From Podarcis gaigeae (taxonomy: Eukaryota): a stretch of DNA of 64,000 bases. Positions 1 through 14,238 of this stretch are shown here, in pieces. Position 1 is the stretch's first letter. Each line of letters starts with the position of its first letter. Where the stretch lies: the NCBI GenBank assembly GCA_964106915.2, contig OZ066914.1. The stretch is one strand, 5' to 3'. The notes under the pieces were generated by a model. That model had not been told where the DNA came from, did no database searches, and was given only the letters and a program-made list of their open reading frames with translations. A program made the translations under genes and the position numbers.

Positions 1-37
1 GGCCAAAGCAGTTGCAAAGCATCAGTCCAGGTTTCAG
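1..37 (+). CDS. TTN: TTN exon, 3' end of an Ig domain (partial)
   Basis: [12 protein letters not shown] then G|GTTAGT donor. Confidence 0.85.
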
Positions 38-3000
38 GTTAGTTGAATGACTTGGGAATATCCCATCTGCGTCTTGATATATGGACTTATCTAATTCAGT
101 GATTTCATATACTGCTTAACCACTGAAATTTCCAAGTGCTGTATGATCAAACCAGACAGCAGATAAAATAAATTTAAGTGAATGATTAAAGATGGAAAGC
201 TTCCTTAAAATGCCTACTGAAATAAGAAGGTCTTCAAAAAGTGCCTGATGTTGAACAGAGAGCGGGCTGCTCTAATGTTGGCTAGGAGAGAGTTCCACAT
301 AATTGGGTCCACAATACTGGATGTGGAGACAAGGAGAAGCCATGGACATGCCTCTAAAATGAAGAGAGTGCCTGTCTGCTTTCAAGATCCATCTCAAACT
401 TCTTATGCCAATAAATAGTTTAATTATTGTTAAGCCCTTGGGAATCTATTACTTTTTTTAACTAAATAAAAAAGCTTGTGAAGACAAGCCATAACGTTTC
501 TACCTTTCCTTTGTGCTCCACAGATCGCATTATACCACCTTCATTCACAAAGAAGCTGAAGGAAACACATGGGCTCTTGGGTTCATCTGCTGTACTTGAG
601 TGCAAAGTAATTGGGTCACCTCCCATTTCTGTCTTTTGGTTCCATGACGGAGAAGAGATCACTAGTGGAGAAAAGTATCAAGCAACTCTTACAGATAATA
701 CTTGTTCTCTAAGAGTGAATGCTGTTCAAGAGTCAGATGCTGGAAATTACATTTGCACAGCAACTAATGTAGCTGGATCTGATGAATGTGATGCATATTT
801 CATTGTCAGAGGTAAATACTGAAACTTGGATAGATAATGAAAACAGGATATCAGTTTTAAAAAAACAAAACAAAACCCTGTTCCTTATATTCTTTATATC
901 TTTTGTAAATGCAGCTGCTTGCCTTTCAACCATAACTATGTTTTATTAACCTCTTTTTACGTATGTCTAGAACCTCCATCTTTTGTGAAGAAACCAGAAC
1001 CTCTGCAAGTTTTATCTGGGGCAAATATAACTTTCACAAGTATCATTAAAGGAAGCCTTCCCCTTGATGTGAAATGGTTTAGGGGTAGCGTTGAACTATC
1101 CCCAGGACATAGATGTAACATCTCTCTGGAAGAATCAGTGGCTGAACTGGAGCTGTTTGATGTACTCCCAGCCCAAAGTGGAGACTATACTTGCATTGTT
1201 AGTAACGAAGCTGGCAAAATCTCTTGCACAACCCAACTCTTTGTAAAAGGTTTGTTCTTTGTTTCGGCTTCCTTTGTTTACACTGGAACAAAATCCCAAA
1301 TCTCAGACAATTATCTTAAACGTTTGCTCTCATGTCATTTCTGATAGAACCAGCGAAATTTGTGAAGAAACTGAATGACTTCAATGTTGAGAAAGGAAAA
1401 CAATTAATCCTGGAATGTACATACACTGGGACACCTCCTATTGCAGTGTCCTGGAGGAAAAATGCTATAAATATAGCACAGTCAGAAAAACACAGTATCA
1501 CCACTACTGAAACATCTGCCATACTTGAGATCTCTAGTAGCAAACTGGACGATGCTGGGCTGTATTCTTGCCATATAGAAAATGACTCGGGACAAGATAA
1601 TTCACAGTCTACGGTCTCAATACTAGGTTTGTAGATTGTTTTAAAAGTGACCGCCCTTTTTCATTAACTTTATGGTTGTTGTGACATGTGGAAGGGTGTG
1701 ACTGGTTTTGTAACTGAGTCTGTGTGCTTATTCTCTAGAACCACCTTATTTTGTCAGAAGCCTGGAACCTACTCAGGTGACAGTAGGGGATTCTGCATCA
1801 TTGCAGTGCCAAATTGCGGGCACACCAGAAATCACTGTGTCGTGGTACAAAGGAGACACCAAACTGAGAGCAACTGCTACCTCTAAAATGCACTTTAAAA
1901 ACCAAGTTGCCACGCTGGTGTTCACTCAGCTGGGTAGCAACGATGGTGGAGAGTATGTTTGCAAAGCAGAAAATAGTATTGGAGAAGCTTCCTGTTCAGC
2001 ACTACTCACTGTTCAAGGTGAATATGGCAATATGCTTTTGTCCCACTTTTGCAGTGCTGTGGTGCAAGAGTGTCTCTCCAGGTTATCAATGAGGGGGTAA
2101 CACACTGGAGAAGCATGGCATGGCAGGTAATAATGACTGCTCCCTGCATAAAACGGGGGACGCCCTTTGCGTGGACGTGCACGGCTCCTGGATCTGGAGC
2201 GGCTCCATTAGCATAGGCTTGGCTTTGCTTTCCCTCAGGTGGGATACCTGGAGGTCTCCGCCTACCCCAGTCAGTTGTCCAATCCCACCTGGGGGAAGCA
2301 TTGCCAAGGAGATCAGGCCACGTAGGGGAGGGATTACCTGCCCACACAATAATATGGAATAATGTGTGGACAGTTTAAATCCATCACTATTGCACTATTA
2401 TTGCATCGATGGCATGGTGCAGAATATATCTGCCAAAGATCCCCATGTTTCTACCTGTTCTTTATTCCTCAACAGCAAGTTTCCATAGATTTAATATAAA
2501 CTAGTTATGATGCTTCACTATAGAACCATCTGTGCCATGGACCTGACTAGAACTTCTCTATGCCGTAACTTCATTCCTGCCCACAGGATTCAATCTTTCT
2601 GTTCTTGCTAATGGTGAATAATTAAACATCGGCTAATCTTTAAAAACGAAATCCATCTTCTATGCCATTCACTGTTTATCAGAAATGTTTGGGGGAAAAG
2701 ACAATGACTCCCGTTCAACTTTAGCAGCCAGTTAAGCTAATTCTCATTGATTTCAATGGGATTTAGGCATCACTGCCTCTAGCTAGATTGGGGACATATG
2801 TTGCTACAAATGTGCATACTATTTACCTCTATGAAAAAATCTTAAGCAATGGAAATATAGTACAACAACTGAAACATTTGGTCAACAACACTCCAATGTA
2901 CAATATTTGTTCCCTTGCAGAGCTTAAACTTCCTCCTTCATTTTCCCGAAAATTAAGAGATATTCACGAAACTGTTGGATTACCAATTACATTTGATTGT

Positions 3001-6000
3001 GGCATTACTGGTTCTGAACCCATTGAAGTAACCTGGTATAAAGATGGCGCACAAATAAGAGATGGCTATAATGTGCAAACGTCATACTTAAACAACGTTG
3101 CAACTCTGCAGATCTCGCAAACTGACATGAGTCTTGCTGGACAATATACTTGCACAGCTTCCAATGCTATTGGAACTGCTTCTTCTAGTGCCAAACTCAT
3201 CCTTACAGGTTTGTCAAGTGTCAAATGTACTTTTCTTTGATGTCATCAATGGGATGTTTCCCCACTTACGTGCCTATCCTAAATGATGAATATGCTGTGA
3301 CTTGGGCCTCTTCCTGCAATTACCATGTGTTTCTTTCTTAACAAAGTAACTCATCTGGATTAACATGTGCAAAGTTACACCTTATTTTTACTTCTTCCAA
3401 TCTTTAGAAGGGAAGACTCCTCCGTTCTTTGACATCCCAATTGCACCTGTTGACGCCGTTGCTGGTGATGGTGCTGACTTTGAATGCCACATTTCTGGAA
3501 CACGCCCAATAAAGGTTACTTGGTCAAAGGATAACCGAGAACTGAGAACTGGAGGGAACTACCAGATCAGCTATGTGGAAAATATAGCCCATTTGACAAT
3601 TCTGAAAGTTGGCAAAGGGGATTCTGGAAAATATACGTGTCATGCTAGCAACGAAGTTGGAAAGGACTCTTGCACAGCTCAACTTAATATTAAAGGTACT
3701 GGGTGCTTAATCTGTACCAGCTTCCATTATATCATATTGGCTTCTCTCTAAAGAACAGTGAACAGATTTTCACATGTGGGAAGGGTTTTGTTTTTGTTTA
3801 CTTCTCCCTGCATCTTCCAAAAAGTCACATTTGAATTTCAGAGGATGACCTGTAATAGTGTGTTATGCAGTGCAGGAAGTGGCTGTAACTGGCATTGGAA
3901 TCAACAAACTCTGGAGACCCCTCATATGAGTGCCTTCCACTCGCCTAGGAGGTCTCAGAGTTCAAGCTACAATGACAAAGTGATGCTTTGGAAAACATCA
4001 CAACATCTGTATTTTGACAAGACATACTGGAGGAAACTGAAAATACGCATTGAAGAGTGTTTGGGTGGTAGTCTGTGGCATGTGAGCGGATTTCCATTTG
4101 TCCATTGGGACTTCCCCTTCCTCTCCTTCCCCATGCAGTCCCATGAACTCCCACAAATATGTTCTTGGGGTGCACTCAATCCTCTGGAGCAGATTTGTGG
4201 GAGCACTTGGTCTTCGGGGGAAACTGAGAAGAATGGGAAGTCTCATCATGCAAGTGCAAGTTTGTTCTGCTGGATGTGAGCCACTGACAGTAAACGGGGA
4301 AATCCAGGAGAATAGAAGACAGTTGTTTGGAGGGTGACAAAGATTTTTCTTCCTTTCTGACAGAACGACAGACTCCACCTTCCTTCACCAAAAAGCTGTC
4401 AGAAACTGTAGAAGAGACAGAAGGGAACACATTTAAACTTGAGGGCCGTGTTTCTGGCTCCCAGCCTTTGACAGTTGCCTGGTACAAGAATAACCAGGAG
4501 ATTTATGAAAGCCCTAATTGCGAAATATCATTCAAGAACAACACTCTTCTCCTTGAAATTAAGAATTCAGGACAAGCTGATGCAGGTTTATATACCTGCA
4601 AAGTGTCCAATGAGGCTGGGAGTGCACTCTGTACTTCTTCTGTGGTTATTAAAGGTCAGTTGACAGCCTCCATGGTATTTAACTTTCTTCTTAAGCTGAT
4701 AAGCTTTTGGTGTTTTCTGATTGTCTAATTGCGCTAGAATACTCATTAATTGCAATTACTTTTCTACGTTGGGTGATGAAATCCAGTCCCACGTTATTTA
4801 TTCATAGGACTTGCAGGAGTTAAACTGTAAGACTAGGAAAATAGTAGGCAATTCTTCTGAAGCTGTTCATTACTTGACATTTCTCTTATTTAAAATGTTC
4901 TGCTGTTTAGTAAACTCTTTAATAATGCCGCTTTATGCATGCTTGAAGAGGCAAAAATAGTTTGAAAAAGACATCTTCCAGATGTTTTTCTGTAAATGCT
5001 AAGCCTTCTGAAAAAGTTATATTATCTTTTCATCGCTTTTTTATATAAATAATTAGTGCTCATACTTATTGTTAACAGTGCATAAAAATTTCATCCATTA
5101 AAAAAATGTTTTGCAAATAAATCCATTAAAGACTGCTTCAAAAGTTAGAAAGTGTTTAATGCTTCCCAACACTTGAAGATATAGCTGCATTTGTGAGAGT
5201 CTGGTCAGATAAGCAATATATTGAGTGCCTGCTTTTTCTTACATGGAACTGCTATCCATGTAAGGACTCTTTGAAATGCTTTCCCCCCTTAACAATATCA
5301 CATTAAAGGCATCAAAGGTGAAGGATTGCAACCAATTGTGTAATATATTGTTCCAACCTTTCTGGCTTGTACATCTTTGGTAGCTTGGTGTGAAATCATC
5401 AAATTTTGGGCTGTTAACATAAAAGGCGATAATGCATATTTTGCAGCTAATTCAATGCTTTCATATTCCTTTCTCTTTGCAAAATAGCACATAGCTTTAT
5501 GTGCTACCTTAACGTATGCATACTTCACACCTCCATTCTTTTTGTACTACTTCTACCATATAAATACTGTACTAGGAAAATGGAATGGATTCATCAGCAT
5601 CTGCTGCATAATCTTATTCAAACCCAGATCTGTATCTTGTTATGGAAGAGAAATTATTACTTAACATCTTTTCTTCTCTTGCTTCATTATTTTGTCCCTT
5701 CGAATGGCATTACAGAGCCCAAAAAACCACCAGTATTTGATCAACCTCTTAAACCGGCAACAATAGAAGAAGGTAAAATCTTGCAGCTCAGTTGCCATGT
5801 CAAGGGATCGCAGCCCATCAGAATCCAGTGGCTAAAAGCTGGGAAAGAGCTAAGATCATCTGATAAATGCAGCTTGAGCTTTGCTAATGGATCCGCTGTT
5901 TTGGAAGTCCAGGCAGTTACTAAGACTGATTCTGGCGAGTATATATGCAAAGCTTCAAATGCAGCTGGGACTGATTCTTGCAAGTCAAAAGTGACAATTA

Positions 6001-9000
6001 AAGGTACAGTGAAACTGAATGCTTAGGTGATGAAACAGTAACTCAAAATTCCGGTACCAGTCTATTCAGTACAGTGGTACCTCAGGTTAAGTACTTAATT
6101 CGTTCCAGAGGTCCGTTCTTAACCTGAAACTGTTCTTAACCTGAAGCACCACTTTAGCTAATGGGGCCTCCTGCTGCCGCTGCACAGCCGGAGCATGATT
6201 TCTGTCCTCATCCTGAAGCAAAGTTCTTAACCTGAGGTACTATTTCTGGGTTAGCGGAGTCTGTAACCTGAAGCGTATGTAACCTGAAGCGTATGTAACT
6301 CGAGGTACCACTGTATCTCCCTGTTACAGTAGATAGGAGCAGCTTCACCTATAAATTAGCAGATCAAAACTGCTTAATTTTACCGGGCACATGACTGCAT
6401 ATCACACTACGACTTGCTTATTCACATGCATTATTTCATAGTATTGCCACCCAAAATGCATTTGCTTCAATACCCTGAGCTAGTTGTTCCTTGGTATCCT
6501 GTATTTTATACATGACTTGTACGGGGGTATAAAATTAAATCAAACAAAAGGACCCCAATACATAAGCTGGGTAGTATTTTGTGCATTTAGTCAATGGTCT
6601 CATCTATGGCATGGGTTGTTGTTGTTGTTTGGTTTTAGTGTAGTCCCTTTCTGTTCTACCACTTAATTCCCTCAATGTGCTTTTTCAGAAAAAGCAGCAG
6701 CTGCACCAGCAGCAGCTAAGAAAGCACCAACTGATGGCAAGCTTTACTTCGTCTCGGAGCCTCAAAGCATCACTGTCATCGAAAGTAAGCCAAGCAAAAA
6801 TAGCCGTCTTTCATAATACTTGAATTTGGCATATGTTGACTGCTGTTTCCCCCCTGGCCAGGGACAGATATTTTCTTTACCACATTTTGTTTCTTTTCTT
6901 CTTCATCAGAGAGCGTTGCAACATTTATTGCCAAAGTAGGTGGCGATCCCATCCCCAATGTTAAATGGATGAAGGGAAAATGGAGGCAACTCAACCAAGG
7001 AGGTCGCATCAGCATCCAGCAAAGAGGAGATGAAGCCAAGCTGGAAATAAAGGATACAACAAAAACTGATTCTGGGCATTACAGATGTGTGGCTTTCAAT
7101 CAACACGGTGAAATTGACAGCAACGTCAACCTACAGGTTGAGGAGAAGAAACAAGAAGTGATAGAAGGTGATCTTAGAGCAAAACTAAAGAAGTAAGTAC
7201 CAGAATTGCTCTAAGTTTTAATCTGAAGGTGAGGCAGGATCTGAAACACAAATATAACTCAGGCTGCAACCCTAAACACTCTTAATAGCAGTCGTGTTCT
7301 ACTGAACTCAGCAGGACTTATTTCTAACTAAACATGCTTCTTGAAGTCTATCGGTCTATTCCTGATCATGACACTCAAACTTCAATGTGGTAAACATGTA
7401 GTAGATGTTATGTAGCCTTTTGCAGCCTTCTCAGCACTAGGGACTAACAGAATGTCGTATTAATTAAAGTCTGAAACCACAATTTGATCCACTCTCTAAT
7501 GCTGAGGACAACAGCCATCAGTTTTAGAAAATCAAACATTATGGTTTAGGTTGTGCTTAATCATGACTAACAAATCCCACTGATTTCAGAGAGTATGATT
7601 TAATCCATATCCAGTTGTATATGAATGAGATACCCCACAACATGACAGCAGACCTACGGGGATATATAAGACATGCTGTTTTAAGGGCATGAATGAAAAG
7701 TTCTTTTTCCTGGTCAGAAAAATCATTAAGAGAAACTTGTCAAGAAGTAATTTATGATTCTCCATGGCATGTTACATAAAGGAATGTAAATTATCTGAAA
7801 AGTTAACTAAGTGCAAACCTATGCATTGTGCATACAGAGGTAAGCTTGGCTGAGTTTAAAAAGGATTCTAGATTCAGGTAGGTAGCCGTGATGGTCTGAC
7901 ACAGACAAAATCAATAAAAAAAATAAAACATTGTTCAGTAGCACCTTAGAGACCAACTAAGTTTGTTCTGGGTACAAGCTTTCTTGTGCATGCACATGTC
8001 TTCAGATACACTGAAACAGAAGTCACCAGACCCTAATATATAGTGGGAGGGTGAGGTGGGGATTTTCTCAGAAGGGTAGTAGGAGATGGTGATTGACTCA
8101 ATGGGTATGGTAAACCTGTTGACGACTGTTAACGACTGCAATTAGTCTTACAGGGAAAAGCAAGGGATAGTATGCAGATGACCAAAAATAGCTTTAGCAA
8201 TTTAGCAATTCAGAACATTGAACCATTCAACACAGAGAGCATATTTTATGAACAACACCAAAAATCCTGCCATTTCTGTAGGACCCCAACTAAAAGGAAG
8301 GAAGATGAGGAAGAAAAGGCCATTGATATAATGGAACTTCTGAAAAATGTAGATCCTAAAGAATATGAAAAATATGCACGTATGTATGGAATTACCGATT
8401 TCCGAGGTCTCCTCCAAGCCTTTGAGCTGCTGAAACAAAGCCAGGAAGAAGAAACTCATAGACTGGTAAATTCCAGCATATACATTTGCTTCAGAGTAAT
8501 TTTTTGAAATGTGTTGTGCTGTTATTGCTTAAATAAGTGTGTTCAATATTCCAGCTATGCAGTTAACCAATTACAGAGATTTATATTCTATTTTGGAACT
8601 TAGCTGTTGCTTCTGATGTCATGAAGGTTCACATTTGGGGATAGTTTATTCATGGCATCTTCACAGCAAACCCTACTCAGTGTTGTTCTCCAAAAGATGT
8701 CAATCATACCTCATCACATGAGGTGTATAGACTAAGAGGCATTGTTTAGGGACAGTAGAGAAGAAAAGATGTGCTTCTGATAGTTTTTATTGGGTTCTCT
8801 TTGGGTAACCTTAAGCATTTTGGAAGGATTGGAGTTGAGCTGTCCTGTGTGTAAAGGAAGTTAGATCCGCAATGAATATACAGAACTGTTTCATTTTCAT
8901 AAAGATTTGGCAAAAGGGAATAGCTAAAAGCATGAAGGTTTTCTACCATTTTAAACCATGGTTGTTGTTCCACCAGGAGATTGAAGTAACACAGAGATCT

Positions 9001-12000
9001 AGAAGGGAAGAACAAGAGTTTGATGAACTGGTATCATTTATTCAGCAAAGACTTACACAGACAGAGGTAGTTATTGCCATATATTACACAATTTAATTAT
9101 GTGTGCTGACAACTGTAGCTAATACATAGCATAGGCTGTGCTCTGAAACAGTCAAACATATGAAAAATGTTTTTCAGCCCATTACTCTGATCAGAGATAT
9201 TGAAGATCTGACTGTAGTAACAGATGAAGATGCCGTGTTTGAGTGTGAGATTAAAATTAACTATCCAGAAATCAAACTTTCCTGGTACAAAGGCACGGAA
9301 AAACTGGACTCTAACAACAAGTATGAAATAAGAATTGAAGGTGACCGACACATACTTAAAATCAGGAATTGTCAACTTGGAGATCAAGGAAATTACAGAG
9401 TGGTCTGTGGGCCACATATTGCCAGCGCTAAGCTTACTGTGATTGGTAAGTGCAAAATTTCTGTTTAATGCAAACTTAAGCTTTGATTTTGCTTGGCATT
9501 TTCTAAAATATATACTTGAACTTTCTAACAGAACCAGCAATTGAACGGCATCTGCGTGACACTTCACTCAAGGAAGGCTTTACATGCTCTTTCGTCTGTC
9601 AGTTTTCTGTTCCAAATGCAAAATCCCAGTGGTTCAGAAATGGAAAGGCTCTTAAGATAGGAGGTAGATATTCAGCTGAAGTCTCAGAGAAGATGCACAG
9701 GCTCATAATTAAGGATGTGCGAACAGAAGACCAGGGGCGCTATACCTGCAGGTTTGACCATCTAGAAACAACTGCTGACCTAACCATTGAAGGTTTGTAT
9801 ATATCTTTATGCAAGAATAAGCAAGTTTGGGGATAATCTTGACAAATAAGACAGAAAAGACAATGCTTTTGGGAAATCCTCTGTTTGAAGAAAATTCTGC
9901 TATACTTCTTCCCCCACTGCCCAAGATATCAGTCATGCTGTCATTGTACTCATTCTTATCTCAGCTTATTTCTCTTTGAACATTCTTATAGCTTGACTTT
10001 ACAATGGGAGGGATTTTTCCACCCCATTTCACCATTTGGCACTTTTATGCTGTGGTTTTTACGGTGATCGCAGGCCTTTCCATTGTTACCTGGCTTCTCT
10101 TGCTTCTGACACAGCGCTGTGCCAACTATCTTAAGTTTCGGGTCTACTTCCAGTATACGAACTCGCTGTCATGAAATGCTGAATGCTCAGTTCTTTGTAG
10201 AACTTTCTTTGTTTTTTGGTGGAGTCGTGTATGTAGGCAAAGCTTCATGTAAAGGAATAATGGTTACATTTTCAAAAAATTGTTTCCAAAAACAGCTGAA
10301 CCCATCCAGTTTACAAAGACTATTCAGAACATAGTGGTGAGCGAATACCAATCTGCAACCTTTGAGTGCGAGGTATCCTTTGATGATGCAGTCGTCACAT
10401 GGTATAAAGGCAAAGTTGAACTCAGGGAGAGTCAAAAGTACAGTTTCAGAAGTGAAGGCCGTTGCCATTATATGACTATCCACAATGTTACTGCAGATGA
10501 TGAAGGTAATGTTACACTACTTGCTTCCTTCCCTTGCTGTCGTCCACCGCCCCCCCCCCCCCGTTGCTGACAAAAATGATGTCACATAACAAATTGCCTT
10601 TGTGATTTCAGGGGTATATTCTGTAATTGCTCGTCTGGAGCCAAGAGGTGAAGCAAGAAGCACTGCTGAACTTTATCTGACTACTAAAGGTTAGTAAATG
10701 CTTTATTCAACTTAAAACAACAACAACACAGGACGTAAGATGGAAGGGTGGAAATGATGTCCGCGAAGTGGAAATAATTTCAAATGCAAATCTACTTTCT
10801 TCTCTTGCAGAAATTAAACTGGAAGTGAAGCCCCCAGGTAAAGAAAAAAAGCATGGATGCATTTGTCTCAAGTTTTATTTTTGTATTTGAAACACCAGAG
10901 TACCCACACATGATGAGGATCTCTGCCTGTACATTTCCCCTTCCACTGGAAGCCCCTGATCCTCTGGGTTGAATGCCACTGTGGAGCCTCCCCAGATTTT
11001 CAGCAATGGCCTCTGGAAGTTTCTAGATGGGGGGTGGGGCTGAAAATCCCCTGGTACATGCACAAAAGCCTGCAGCCTTCATACTAAAGTTAGTTTCAGT
11101 GAGCATAGGCTATTTGTTCTTGTGTGTTCCAAGTAGGACAATTAAAGGGTTGGAGCCAAACTTAGCTGCTTGCAAATGAAAGCCACCCTTCTATCCTGAA
11201 AATAACCCATCCTTTCTGCCATTTTTGAAGGCCTCCTAACCCCCTGGAACAGATTTTCAGAGGGTGCAAGGGACTGCAGAGGGAAGGCGGAATTGGCAAA
11301 AGTCATCTCCTTTCCTTCCGCCGGAGTTCTGCTCCCACTAGCAGGATGCTCCTGACAGTGGGTGAAACATCTGGATCTAAGCCAAATGGAATATTTAGAA
11401 TGGCTTTTTCATAAGGGCAAATGACTTAAGAGTCATCTTCTAACTGAACCAGGACAGTCTATTCCATTCCATTCCATTCCATTCCATTCCAGGACACACT
11501 ATTCTTTTCCTCCTGGTTTTTAATTTCTTCCCCCCTCCAGAAAAGTCAGCTAGGATGCTGTGGCCCCTTTTCATTCCTTATTGTGCTGTGCTTGGTCCCC
11601 CTGCTTTGGAAATAAGTTTTTGCACTTCTGCAAACTTCATGACAGATGGGAACCTTTGGCCCTCCAGAAGTTGCTCAACAAGCATGGCCAGTGGGAGTTG
11701 TTGTTCAGCAACATCAGGAGGGCCAAAGTTTCCCCATAGCTGCCTTAAGAGGTTTCCAAAGCTTCGGGTACCTCCCGTGTGTGTGTGTGGTGTCACTTAA
11801 GCTGTGTAAGGATCCACACTCCTAGAATGAGTTTCTTATTCGTATATGGGATGCAACCAGATTAATCTGATGGTCCCTTTCCCTGCACATTTGGTTCTCC
11901 AGATATCCCAGATGCTAGAGTTGCAGTTCCTGTTGAAGTTCCAGCTGAAGGTAAACCTTATATACAAAGGATTCCGCTGTTAAGGGTGGGAGAGCAGGTG

Positions 12001-14191
12001 GTTTAGAACTTGTGTGCTATATGAATGTTCATTGATTGAATTTTCCCTTGCATTTATCAGAAACTCCTGCTCTTCCTCTCTTCCTTCTTATGCCAGAAGA
12101 GAAGAAAAAGGAAAAAGGTATTACAGTTCTGTTGCATACATGCTCAGAAATGCAGATCTTTACATGCACTTTCACTTGCTGCTGGGTTCATTTTGGGTGG
12201 CTAATGGCTTTATTTATTTTCTACTTGTTTTAGTCGTTAAAAAGACAACCGTGCAGAAAGTCACCAAAAAGGTGGTTCCAAAAGCTCCAGAAGAAGTTGC
12301 CCCTCCTAAAGGTACTATCATACTACAAGTATTGATTCAAATACTATAAAACTGATTTATAAGGAACATATGTTAACCAGTGTAGATTAAGGCATAATCA
12401 CAGCAAAGGAAAGGGGGGCGGAACCATGTTCCTCTCATTCTAAAAACTTTAGGAGCTTTCACATGTTACTACAAATGCATAAGTTCAGGAACATCTTCTA
12501 TATCTGCAAGAGAGGAGAATTGCTCTTGTGCTAATGTTCTGCTCCCTGGTTTCCCTCAGGCATCTGGTTGGCCACTGTGAGAACAGGATTTTGGATTAGA
12601 TGGGCCTGATTCAGGAGGCTATTATTAGGTCTTGTGTGTGTGTGATTGCAGCCTCAGTTGGGTTGTCGCTGCTGAATTTGACAGAAGACTCAATTAGCAA
12701 TATTTGTTCCCGAGATTTGTTTCTCTCCCATTTGTCTTTAAATGTTAACGAGAATGCCGTGCATCTTAACAATACAAACCGAAGATCTCAGTCCACTTTC
12801 ATCTGACTAATGTTAATGAGACCAGATGAAATTAAATCCAAAGGCTAGCTCATGATGCTCAATCAAGCCGCTTAGCAGATATATCTGTAAATGTTTCAGA
12901 AGTGGCAAAGGAACCAGAACCCCCATCTTCGGCCCTAGTCCCAGTTCCAAAAGTACAGGAAATTATTCCAACAGAAGGTAAAGAATCAAATACTGAAATG
13001 CACATACTAAGAAAATACTCTTTTATGGGGAGAATGGCACCCACTTCCCATCTTTTATTGCTTGGGCCATTTAAAATGTGGCGCTGTCATTCTTCATTTT
13101 CCCTTCAGTCATCCTAACATCATTATTCATGCAAAGGTCATCCCTTTACAGGATTTCCCAGATAATACTAATTTGAACTCTTTCTTCAATGTTTACTTCA
13201 GGAGCTTGCTGCAGATAAGCCAGGGGATTTAACTATCAGTTGACTAGAATACCCACTGAAATACTGATAGTTTATTAAAAGGACTTTGAAAAGACAGTAG
13301 GTAGAATTAAAGCAGAATAGCTTTTGATCTAGTGGAGGTGTGTACTAGCACAAGAGATTAGGAGGCAGTTTTTTCATTAGTTTTTTCTCCTTGCAGCCCC
13401 CTTTGCCACCTGCCACACTGTTCCAGAGTGAAACCTCTTGAACTGATTTTCTGGGGACACAAGGGGCTGCAGCAGAAAATGGAGGAGAGGGTTCAGCAAA
13501 AAAAAATCTCCTCTCCTTCTCTTATATGGACACTTCCATGCAGAATTGTATTTCATAGGGTTGGAGGAGACATTCAATTTTGTTTCCGTTTTAATGACAA
13601 ACTAACTAGTAAACACTTTTGGATCCAATAGCCAAACTGAAATGCAGCTCTCCTTTGAAATTCACACTCCCTCAAATTTTGTGATGTAGTTCTCCAAGCA
13701 TAAATTTGTATACTAGGGGCAAGTGCGCATGAAAATGCATCAAATAGTCGAAACACTTCATTATATTAGGGGAAAATACTTGCAAAATTATGTATATTAG
13801 TCAGAACTGCATGGGAAAATGTTGGTGGATTTGCATGAGGAATTTTTAAAGTAAATAAATAAAATAAAGACAGAGAACTGAATTCAAGATTGGGAAAAAC
13901 AAAAAGCTGAGAGAAACAGTCATTGACAGATTCATCTATCCCTAGATTTCACCCAGGAATTTCAAACTTTTCCACTGAGCAGAAAGCTTTCATTTAATTC
14001 ATCTATCCATTCATAAGCTCTAATAAATCCATCTGCCTTAGGACAGCCATGCTGCTGTTGCTTTGAGAATGACATGGCATTGAAACTACATGACGAAAAA
14101 CTTCATTTGTACAATTTCAAAGCACAATAACGCATGTATGGAATGATTATTCTGAAAACTGCAAATACCCATGTCAACCTTATTAGGCTTT

Positions 14192-14238
<47 letters not shown>

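Noticed and set aside
2006-2372. GC-rich intronic patch with overlapping short ORFs
   Set aside because: No splice-compatible Ig or PEVK coding; probably an old unclassified transposon remnant that I cannot assign.
3758-4330. 173-aa ORF and overlapping reverse ORFs in an intron
   Set aside because: No domain features; overlaps a degraded repeat (CCTGGAGCAGATTT core) that also occurs near 11240, 13420, 16500 and 34730.
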